From an uncultured Candidatus Saccharibacteria bacterium (GTDB lineage Bacteria; Patescibacteriota; UBA1384; XYA2-FULL-43-10; 1-14-0-10-43-13): DNA of 64,000 nt. The stretch's first letter is position 1; every line of letters starts with the position of its first letter. Shown here one piece after another: positions 9,841-17,856 of this stretch. The notes under the pieces are model-generated. The model saw only the letters and a program-made list of their open reading frames with translations. It searched no databases and was not told where the DNA came from. The DNA lies in NCBI GenBank assembly GCA_964419835.1, contig CAYQPT010000002.1, positions 6,732 through 70,731 of the forward strand, written 5' to 3'. Made by a program: the position numbers and the translations under genes.

Positions 9841-10908
9841 TTAATAGACCATCATCTTGAAGCTCTTTGGATCCTGCACCCAAGTAAGGGCATCTTCAAG
9901 TGTGATGTCACCACGGGAAACATATTCGGCCAAAACCTTGTCTAAACTAATCATGCCTTCAGAGGCAGAAGTTTGAATTACATTTGGTATTTGATAAGAT
10001 TTTCCCTCGCGAATTAAACTCTTAATAGCTGAATTTGCAATCATAATCTCAGCAGCCATCACCCGTCCACCATTAACTTTAGGAATTAAACGCTGTGACA
10101 CAACACCAAGCAGAACCGATGCAAGCTGGCTTGAAACCTGTTGACGCATATATGAGGGAAAAACGCTGATTATACGATCTGCGGTCTGCGCAGCTGAGTT
10201 TGTATGCAAAGTGGCAAAAACCAAGTGACCTGTTTCTGCGATTGTTAATGCCGCTTCAATCGTTTCCAAGTCTCGCATCTCACCCACAAGCACTACATCA
10301 GGGTCTTCCCGCAAAGCCGATCTTAGCGCGGTGGCAAATGAGTCGGTATCCGGACCAATTTCCCGCTGAGAAACTATACTTTTATTGTGTTCAAAAACAT
10401 ACTCAATCGGATCTTCAATAGTAATGATATGTTTTCTTTGGTTTTCATTAATCCCGTTTATAAGCGCTGCTAGCGTCGTGGATTTACCCGACCCGGTTGG
10501 GCCAGACAACACCACAAAACCTTGGCTATGCTGAGTGAATTTTTCCAAGATCGGAGGAAGACCGAGCTCTTTAATTGATTTGATTTGCTTTGGAATTAAT
10601 CGAAGAGAGACTGCTTCACATCCTTTTTGATAGTATATGTTCACCCTAAAACGCATGTCCTTATATCCAAAAGAAAAATCAAGTTCTTTTGTCCTCTTGA
10701 ACTTTTCTATCATGGCCGGAGGAGTAAAACTGGAAATAAATTCTGTTAATTTTTCATTGGTACAAACAGGAGCTTCAGGAATCACAAGAAGGCGTCCGTC
10801 GATTCTTACAGTTGGAGCAATACCAACTGTAAAATGAAGGTCGGATGCTTTCTTTCCAATCGCAAAATCGAGATACGAAACCATCTCATCGTTTAATTTG
10901 TTTTCCAC
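9841..10908 (-). CDS. pilT: twitching-motility/retraction ATPase PilT
   Basis: 355 aa. Walker A GPTGSGKSTT, and the signature helix IITIEDPIE typical of PilT-type ATPases. Confidence 0.85.
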   Translation of the reverse strand: MENKLNDEMVSYLDFAIGKKASDLHFTVGIAPTVRIDGRLLVIPEAPVCTNEKLTEFISSFTPPAMIEKFKRTKELDFSFGYKDMRFRVNIYYQKGCEAVSLRLIPKQIKSIKELGLPPILEKFTQHSQGFVVLSGPTGSGKSTTLAALINGINENQRKHIITIEDPIEYVFEHNKSIVSQREIGPDTDSFATALRSALREDPDVVLVGEMRDLETIEAALTIAETGHLVFATLHTNSAAQTADRIISVFPSYMRQQVSSQLASVLLGVVSQRLIPKVNGGRVMAAEIMIANSAIKSLIREGKSYQIPNVIQTSASEGMISLDKVLAEYVSRGDITLEDALTWVQDPKSFKMMVY

Positions 10909-11116
10909 AATTCCCTCCTAGAAGCTCTGCGAGTTTACAATATTATTATATGTTAAGTAGAAAGAAGAAGCAACCAATTTAAGTCTAAAGCCCTAATTTC
11001 TAATATCAAATGAAAATCCAAATGCTTAAATGTCTAAAAAGATTCGGAATTTATATTTTAGTTTTTTATTTGTCATTTGAAATTTTGATTTTGTAATTTG
11101 CTAATCTCTAATTGGT

Positions 11117-12652
11117 CTATCCTTGCATCGTTGCCTGGTAAACTTCATCGATCGTTGTCAGCCCTTGAAGTGCTTTAATAATTCCATCTTGCTTCATTGT
11201 AATCATGCCCTGCTTCAACACCGCATCTTTAATCTCATTGGCAGATCTTCTCGCAATAGCCAAGTCTTCAATAGCCGGATTCATGCTCATCACCTCAAAA
11301 ATACCGATTCTGCCTTTAAAACCTTGTGAGCATTCTGAACAACCCTTTCCATAGTAAAATTTGAGTTCCTTGGGAATAAGTGCTCTATCTTTAACATTAT
11401 TAGGTGATATTTTTTCTAATTCAACTTTGATCTGTTCTAGCAATTTTGGGGGAATTTTAACTTCCTCTCTGCACTTCGGACAAATTAGACGAATTAATCT
11501 CTGCGCAATAATTAAATCCACGGCAGAAGTAATAAGAAATGGTTCAACGCCCATATTTATAAGCCGAGGCAGTGCTCCAGCGGTATCATTCGTATGAAGT
11601 GTGGTCAAAACCAAATGTCCGGTTAAAGCGGCATGTGTTGCCATGCCGGCAGTTTCAGCATCACGAACCTCACCTACCATTATAATGTTAGGATCCTGCC
11701 TTAGTACGGAACGCAATCCCGACGCGAAGGTAAAGCCGATGTCTGGTTTGACTTGGCACTGGTTTACTCCCGGAGTCTCGTACTCCACCGGATCTTCAAG
11801 TGTAACAATATTTTTTCCAGGTAAGTTTAGCCGATTAATAATTGCGTTTAGCGTAGTTGATTTTCCGGAACCGGTCGGACCTGTGGATAAAATTAAACCC
11901 CATGGCTTAACAATTGAGGCCATTGTTTTGTCAATAGCGCTTCCCTGCATTCCAAGGTCCTCCAAGGAAAGAACCTTTTGGCTTTTATCGAGAATTCTGA
12001 GAACTATCTTCTCACCGTGAACAGTTGGAAGAGAAGAAACTCTGACATCAACTTCACGGTTTTTAAAAGCGACCTCAAAACGACCATCCTGAGGGATTCT
12101 CGTTTCATCAATTTTTAACTTTGCCAAAATTTTTACTCTGGAAATAATTGGAGGATGCATATTTATTGAAATTTTTACAATGTCTACGAGCACTCCATCA
12201 ATTCTACACCTAACTCGGAGAGTTTTTGATTGTGGCTCTATGTGAATGTCGGAAACCCCTTTATTCAAACCAAAATTAATAACTGCTGCAACAATTTTTG
12301 GAACATACCCCTCTTTGACTATTTCATCTAGTATTTTTGTATCAGTGATGTCAGTTTGGATTAAAGATCCTAAATTATCATTCTCCAAACCATTGCTCGG
12401 CATGGGAGTGCTTAATTCTTCGCTTGAAGGCAATGCTCTTGTTTGCTGCTTCTGATTTGCGATGGGCAGCGGAGCTTTATTTGGCTGATCCTTAGAAGGC
12501 GCGACTGTAGTGTTTTGTGCTGAAGAGGGTTGTGATGGTGTTTGCGTCTGACTATCATCTTTTGCAAACTCAGGATCAAAAAAACCGCTCAATGAGATGG
12601 TTTTTCCTCCAGATGGTGCTGCATTTTTTAATGCTGTTTGGTTCTGATCCAT
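11117..12652 (-). CDS. pilB: type IV pilus assembly ATPase PilB (GspE family)
   Basis: 511 aa. Walker A TGPTGSGKSTTL. A tetracysteine zinc motif (CPKC...CSEC). Low-complexity N-terminal region. Confidence 0.85.
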   Translation of the reverse strand: MDQNQTALKNAAPSGGKTISLSGFFDPEFAKDDSQTQTPSQPSSAQNTTVAPSKDQPNKAPLPIANQKQQTRALPSSEELSTPMPSNGLENDNLGSLIQTDITDTKILDEIVKEGYVPKIVAAVINFGLNKGVSDIHIEPQSKTLRVRCRIDGVLVDIVKISINMHPPIISRVKILAKLKIDETRIPQDGRFEVAFKNREVDVRVSSLPTVHGEKIVLRILDKSQKVLSLEDLGMQGSAIDKTMASIVKPWGLILSTGPTGSGKSTTLNAIINRLNLPGKNIVTLEDPVEYETPGVNQCQVKPDIGFTFASGLRSVLRQDPNIIMVGEVRDAETAGMATHAALTGHLVLTTLHTNDTAGALPRLINMGVEPFLITSAVDLIIAQRLIRLICPKCREEVKIPPKLLEQIKVELEKISPNNVKDRALIPKELKFYYGKGCSECSQGFKGRIGIFEVMSMNPAIEDLAIARRSANEIKDAVLKQGMITMKQDGIIKALQGLTTIDEVYQATMQG

Positions 12653-12690
12653 AATATAATTGACTAAAACTAATTACGCTTTATTGCTTC

Positions 12691-13968
12691 TCAATCATAA
12701 ATACTAAGCGCATATTCTATATCGGCCGGCTTGGTGATAAAAACCTCAGAAGGATGTTGATTTTTTATAAATAAAAGGGCCTTTTTTGTCATCTCCGACT
12801 TAGGGTCATCGGTTGCCAACATCAAATTACCCTCGTCATTTTCTCCAAAAACAACCACTCTGTATTTGGTTATAAAATTTTTTGGTAGCTTAGTTAGATA
12901 AGTTTTGGGAATCTTTCCAATCAAGCTTATTGTCTTTTCATATCCTTCAGTTTTTATTATATTCTCTTTAGCTGTGTTTTGAAACTTTTCCCTGCTTTCT
13001 TTTTGGACAAAAATCGAGTCGACCGTCAGAGTTGGAGATTTCGCCTTAATGATAGTTTTCTTAATGTTGGAAAAAGAAAACTTTAAGTTGTCCTGTAATA
13101 TAGTTTTAAACTCCTCAGCTTTCTCTTTCCTATTCAATTTTGAAGTTTTTGTGACAGGTTGTTCGATCTGAAAAGAGGCGTTGCTATCATAATTATTTAA
13201 AACGAAGTCAATATCATTTGCCGAGGTGGCAAACAGCTCAAGCTTAACTTTGTTTTCTTTTTCAATGTAGTCCAGAATTTTTTTTGTTAACGGAGAATCC
13301 GGTTTCTCAGAAGCCACGAGATAGTGGCCTGTGATATTTTCTCCGAAAACCAAAACTCGATATTTTTCAATAAAATTTTTCGGAATTTTATTAAGACATT
13401 CACGTGGAATATTTCGGTTGCGCAAATAAACCACCGGCAAACTCCCCTTTTTCATCAGTAAAGATTTATCCTGCTTGTTTTTATATTGTTTAAACGCTTC
13501 TTTGAAATCTTCGATGCCGGTTATAAACAATTCTAAATTTGCTTTTTTGTTTTTAAATAATTTTTTAAGAGCCGAAAGAAAACCCAATGGTAAATCAGCC
13601 GGCTCGGTTATGGCGATTTTAAGAAGTGTTCCCTCTGAATCAAAAGGAATTATTCCAAGCTTGGAAGATATTTTTTCAGGAATAATGTCCAGTGTTTCCC
13701 GGTCAATTTTTATATTGGAAAGTTCAATAAAAGGCAATTTTAAAATTATACTATAAGCTTTATTAATTGTATCTTTAGTTACCAGATGGTTCTTAAGTAG
13801 GAAAGTTTCGATCTCTCGATTTGTTCTAAAATTATTTTTCAGTTTCACGGCATCTTCCAATTCCAAAATTCCCTGCAAAACAAAAACATCCAGTATCGAC
13901 TGGTTAAAAAGCATTGCGGATGGTATGCCTAAAGACGAATTGTATTTCTGCTTGGAAAACATAGACAA
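12691..13968 (-). CDS. stand-alone protein made of repeated GspE/PilB N-terminal (T2SSE_N) domains, no ATPase domain
   Basis: 425 aa. Internal repeats KIPKNFIEKYRVLVFGENITGHYLVASEKPDSPLTKKILDYIE and KLPKNFITKYRVVVFGENDEGNLMLATDDPKSEMTKKALLFIK, plus an N-terminal copy, resemble the T2SSE_N fold. No Walker motif is present. Confidence 0.55.
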   Translation of the reverse strand: MSMFSKQKYNSSLGIPSAMLFNQSILDVFVLQGILELEDAVKLKNNFRTNREIETFLLKNHLVTKDTINKAYSIILKLPFIELSNIKIDRETLDIIPEKISSKLGIIPFDSEGTLLKIAITEPADLPLGFLSALKKLFKNKKANLELFITGIEDFKEAFKQYKNKQDKSLLMKKGSLPVVYLRNRNIPRECLNKIPKNFIEKYRVLVFGENITGHYLVASEKPDSPLTKKILDYIEKENKVKLELFATSANDIDFVLNNYDSNASFQIEQPVTKTSKLNRKEKAEEFKTILQDNLKFSFSNIKKTIIKAKSPTLTVDSIFVQKESREKFQNTAKENIIKTEGYEKTISLIGKIPKTYLTKLPKNFITKYRVVVFGENDEGNLMLATDDPKSEMTKKALLFIKNQHPSEVFITKPADIEYALSIYD

Positions 13969-14123
13969 CGTTTGTTAAATTCAACCAAAAAAACTTCAAA
14001 GCCCAAATAACAAATGACAAATAAAAATCCAAATTCTAAATTTTCAAATTATTTGGCATTAAATCATTAGATATTTTGTTTGAAATTAGAAATTAGGATT
14101 TTGAAATTATTAATTGCTGGTCC

Positions 14124-14381
14124 TTACTCTGCCGTAAACGGATTCGTTTTGCCCATTTTATCCACAGGGGTAGAAATTGGAATATCACTGCTTTTATCAA
14201 GACCGGATAAAACATTTTCAGCATCTTTTTTTACGCTTTCGATTTCAACCGGCTTAAGATTATCCTCAACGGCAGGATTAGCGTTATAGTCCTTTGACAT
14301 TTGCCAGAGCCAGAAAAAACCACCGACGACTGCAACTACCAGGATTAAGCTGCCCACTATACTCAAAGTTTTCATTTTCAT
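14124..14381 (-). CDS. small membrane-anchored protein in the PilP position of the pilNO operon
   Basis: 85 aa. N-terminal TM/signal (LSIVGSLILVVAVVGGFFW). No lipobox Cys. The assignment rests on position only. Confidence 0.3.
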   Translation of the reverse strand: MKMKTLSIVGSLILVVAVVGGFFWLWQMSKDYNANPAVEDNLKPVEIESVKKDAENVLSGLDKSSDIPISTPVDKMGKTNPFTAE

Positions 14382-14980
14382 TTTTGCACCCCCGTTGCCG
14401 CACTTGCGGTTGAGCTTGCAGTTACTGCTGAAGATTCTCTCTTATAAACCTCGAACTGAAGTGCCAGAGAAGTTGTTTTCCCATCGGATGATACGGAGTA
14501 GGTCAAGCTTTTAATATTTGTGAAACGAATGTCTTTTTCAAGGGCGGTTATCATTTTATTTAGATTTTCAAACGTTCCATTAACCGAAAAAGATACTGAG
14601 ACAGCATTCTTAGGTGTTGCAGCAGCTGCGCCACTGGCTGGAGCTTGAGCAGCAGCACTGGCGATTTGAATACTAGGGATAATAGTTTCGCTCTTAGCGG
14701 CGATAGCTTCCAATTCAGTAATTAGATTTGGCGTATCCTTGTCAGAAGGGATGGCGATAAACAAACGGTTCACAATATCTCCTAACTGATCAAGAGAATT
14801 TTTCGTAGTTTGCAATGATTCCAATTTTACTTTAGACAATTCTATTTCCTTGTTAACTTTAGCAACCTGCTCTTGATTTTTTTGATAAGCTGGAATAATT
14901 TGCTTCCAGCAATATACAAAAGAAGCCACTGCAATTAGCACTGCCAAAAGCCCATAAAATCCACTATTGGATCGCTTCAT
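14378..14980 (-). CDS. PilO-like type IV pilus alignment protein
   Basis: 200 aa. N-terminal TM, then a coiled-coil segment, then a C-terminal core domain. The gene overlaps and follows a PilN-like gene. Confidence 0.5.
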   Translation of the reverse strand: MKRSNSGFYGLLAVLIAVASFVYCWKQIIPAYQKNQEQVAKVNKEIELSKVKLESLQTTKNSLDQLGDIVNRLFIAIPSDKDTPNLITELEAIAAKSETIIPSIQIASAAAQAPASGAAAATPKNAVSVSFSVNGTFENLNKMITALEKDIRFTNIKSLTYSVSSDGKTTSLALQFEVYKRESSAVTASSTASAATGVQK

Positions 14981-15677
14981 TGTTTCCTCCTTCAGTGGTC
15001 CCTATTCCGCTTGTACTTCCGGTGCTTTTTGCTTCTGCTGCTTTTTGCTTCTGCTTGTCAACTTTAGCGCTTATAGCAAATACTGTTTCCATCTTATCGT
15101 CGGTAGTTGTGTTTGCGACCGATAATAAATCAACATTGGACAAAGTGCTCCAGCTTTTAAGCGACATCATTAAATCCGCAACGGCACGATAACCCTTAGT
15201 AGTGCCATTAATGTTCAGTGAACCGTCGGCAGTGACCGCAATAGTGCTTAATTGAACATCTTTTGTCAATTTACTGTTTAAATCGGTCAAAAATGAGGTA
15301 AAGGAGTATTTTTCATTATAGGCGGTCTTTAACTGCTTAACGGATAGCTTAAAATCCTGAGCTTTATTTTCAATCTCAACTGAACCTGGTGAAGAAATTT
15401 GCTGCGCAAGAGAGTCTTTCTCGGTTTTTTTATCAGCGAGGGCGTCTGATTCACTTTTGTTCATCCACCAGAAAAATAATGTTGCCAACACTGAAAAGAG
15501 AGCAACCATCCAAGTCAAAGCAAGGGCTGTATTAAAGCTTGAGTGTTCTCCAAAACCAGAAAAGCTATCATCAAAGGCATGCTTTGACGCTGCATTTGCT
15601 GCTTGTGCAGCCGGTGTTTCAGCAACACTCTGTGGTGCAACTTGTGGTCCTGCCCCCTGACTTGTTTCAGGATCCAT
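14964..15677 (-). CDS. PilN-like type IV pilus alignment protein with an extended cytoplasmic N-terminus
   Basis: 237 aa. About 45 aa of Ala/Pro/Gln-rich cytoplasmic tail, then one TM (ALALTWMVALFSVLATLFFWWM), then a periplasmic domain. Confidence 0.5.
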   Translation of the reverse strand: MDPETSQGAGPQVAPQSVAETPAAQAANAASKHAFDDSFSGFGEHSSFNTALALTWMVALFSVLATLFFWWMNKSESDALADKKTEKDSLAQQISSPGSVEIENKAQDFKLSVKQLKTAYNEKYSFTSFLTDLNSKLTKDVQLSTIAVTADGSLNINGTTKGYRAVADLMMSLKSWSTLSNVDLLSVANTTTDDKMETVFAISAKVDKQKQKAAEAKSTGSTSGIGTTEGGNNEAIQ

Positions 15678-15861
15678 ATTCCCTCCAATTATCCGATCAC
15701 CAAGATAAAACCTGTCTTTATTTTATTTTAATTTAATTCAAATATTTATGCAAATATTTCGTTTTCGTTTTTGGTTTACGAGGCCAGTATTGTTATTGGG
15801 TTACGGTTACGTTACCGAACAACCTAACCGATACGGGCATCGTTACCCTAACCGTTAGTCG

Positions 15862-17823
15862 TTACTGTTTTGTTTCTACCGGATGCGGCATATTGAGAAA
15901 CCTAAATCCTGGAGGCCAAGCACTGTCCAGAGCATAATCATAATAGAATCTTGCGTTTGCAGCGCTTATCGTAAAGGCGTTCGCCACAAATGAACCGATT
16001 AACTCCACATTACCACTTGATGCTGTGATACTACTATTTGGACAATAAATTGATGCTTGAATTTTATTGTTACCTAAAATTCTAACCGACCCAGTCACAA
16101 TAAAACCCAGTCGATCTGCAGAAGTTGCCGGAAGAATATCTATTCCATTGTTTATGATCAAATCACCATTTACGATAATAGTGCCTCTGCCATGATATTT
16201 TTTATCTACACTCCTGACTGTTAATGTACCGGGGAGCGTGTTCCATACTTTGCCTTCCGGAAATTTAGACGCATCAGCGTTTGTGATATCATCCATCATA
16301 GTAGTAGTCGTCGGAGCCGGTTCAGTCGGCGTTTGCAGATACCAATCAGATCGAGTCCCGGTATCGGCATTTGCTACTGGCGCCTCACCTTTAAGTGCAT
16401 TTATCTTGTTGGAATTTTTGTCAAATTCAGCTCCACTCAAAGTGGATTGAGCATTCGGGTTCAAAGTATAGCCACCCGCTCTCCAAGTTGCATCTGAACC
16501 GGGGTCTCCTGCACCAGATTGTTGATGTAAATTTCTACCCCAAAAGGCAAAATTATTCAGACCACTACCATATACGTCACCAGTGACCATTTTAGCGGGA
16601 TAGAATAACACGGCTGTTTCAATCACTGGCTTATTGGCTACGGAAGTTCTACTGGAGACAACTCTGATACTGGAGTTTGAGCTATTCGACTGAAAACAGG
16701 ATGTGTAGGGACGAACGACCCCAACCAATGCGTTATTTATACAATTAACCAATTCGGTATTTCTAAATCCAAATAATTCATCTGTGCTGCTGCCATTATT
16801 CTGTCCTGCACTTTTCAGAGAATTGTAAACCGTTTCATTTCCGGTAAACCCTCCATAAAAAGACATTTGAACCGTTGGACCCGCATTGACATTAAGAGGC
16901 AAAATATTCGTACCCCAAGTCACTCCGGCTATTATCAACCCGTCAGTATCATTACTCATGCCATGCGTTATGTCACCAACGCCACCTGTTCCCTCATCAA
17001 ACATCCAACGAGCCACCAAGTTCTCCGGATGAAGTTGGCCGTTTTCAAAAACATAGAGAGGGTCCAGTGTACCGCATTGTGCGAACTCAACATCACTCAA
17101 AGCAACTCTGTCATAAATTCTAACTTCATCAATCTGGCCCGAATAGTTGCCGGCCGCGTTGCCGATGAAGATAGGATCGGGTGTTGCAGTATCCGGATTT
17201 GCTGTTCCCCCTGCTATATTAGTAACTGCTGGTGACTTATAAGTTGTATCAAAGCCGATAGCCACAGGTTGATTAACTGCCAGAAGATCAATAGAGAACA
17301 TGATATGATGCCAGTTTCCATCAAATAATGTATTTCTATCAATAAGATCGCTTCTTAGAAGATATCCCTTTGTGGAGGATCCAACGGAAACCTGAACCGA
17401 ATAATGAGTTGCATCGGATAAATGAATCCCGATCGCCCAACCTTGCTTACCTGCGACATTGGCGTCTGTAGTCATGCGATTACCCATACTGATAATGGTT
17501 TGGTCTGGATCAGTTTGATTGGTTGGCTTTATCCAAGCCATCACAGTAAATGGTTTTAAATCTCCATTCTCGTCCTCTCCTCCAAGTGTGGAGATTAATG
17601 TATCCGGATTCTCCTCCGTAACTGTATTATCTACTCTTATGGAACCGTTTTTAGCAAGCATAATACTGCTTCCCGGATTTCCTCCACTGGCAGGAGTGGA
17701 GCTAAATGTAGCTTCTGTCTGGCCAACCATTATCTCAGGAAAATCGTTTTCTGCCATAGCAAAAGAAGTCCACATTAGAAAGACCAGTATGAAAGCAATA
17801 ATTTTTGTGTATTTTTTACTCAT
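15862..17823 (-). CDS. secreted LamG/concanavalin-A-like lectin-domain protein
   Basis: 653 aa. Signal peptide (KIIAFILVFLMWTSFAMA). The LamG-type signature GQIDEVRIYDRVALSDVEF. A long beta-rich C-terminal region. Confidence 0.6.
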   Translation of the reverse strand: MSKKYTKIIAFILVFLMWTSFAMAENDFPEIMVGQTEATFSSTPASGGNPGSSIMLAKNGSIRVDNTVTEENPDTLISTLGGEDENGDLKPFTVMAWIKPTNQTDPDQTIISMGNRMTTDANVAGKQGWAIGIHLSDATHYSVQVSVGSSTKGYLLRSDLIDRNTLFDGNWHHIMFSIDLLAVNQPVAIGFDTTYKSPAVTNIAGGTANPDTATPDPIFIGNAAGNYSGQIDEVRIYDRVALSDVEFAQCGTLDPLYVFENGQLHPENLVARWMFDEGTGGVGDITHGMSNDTDGLIIAGVTWGTNILPLNVNAGPTVQMSFYGGFTGNETVYNSLKSAGQNNGSSTDELFGFRNTELVNCINNALVGVVRPYTSCFQSNSSNSSIRVVSSRTSVANKPVIETAVLFYPAKMVTGDVYGSGLNNFAFWGRNLHQQSGAGDPGSDATWRAGGYTLNPNAQSTLSGAEFDKNSNKINALKGEAPVANADTGTRSDWYLQTPTEPAPTTTTMMDDITNADASKFPEGKVWNTLPGTLTVRSVDKKYHGRGTIIVNGDLIINNGIDILPATSADRLGFIVTGSVRILGNNKIQASIYCPNSSITASSGNVELIGSFVANAFTISAANARFYYDYALDSAWPPGFRFLNMPHPVETKQ

Positions 17824-17856
17824 TCAGGTTTAAATTCTAAATTATAATCATGGCAT

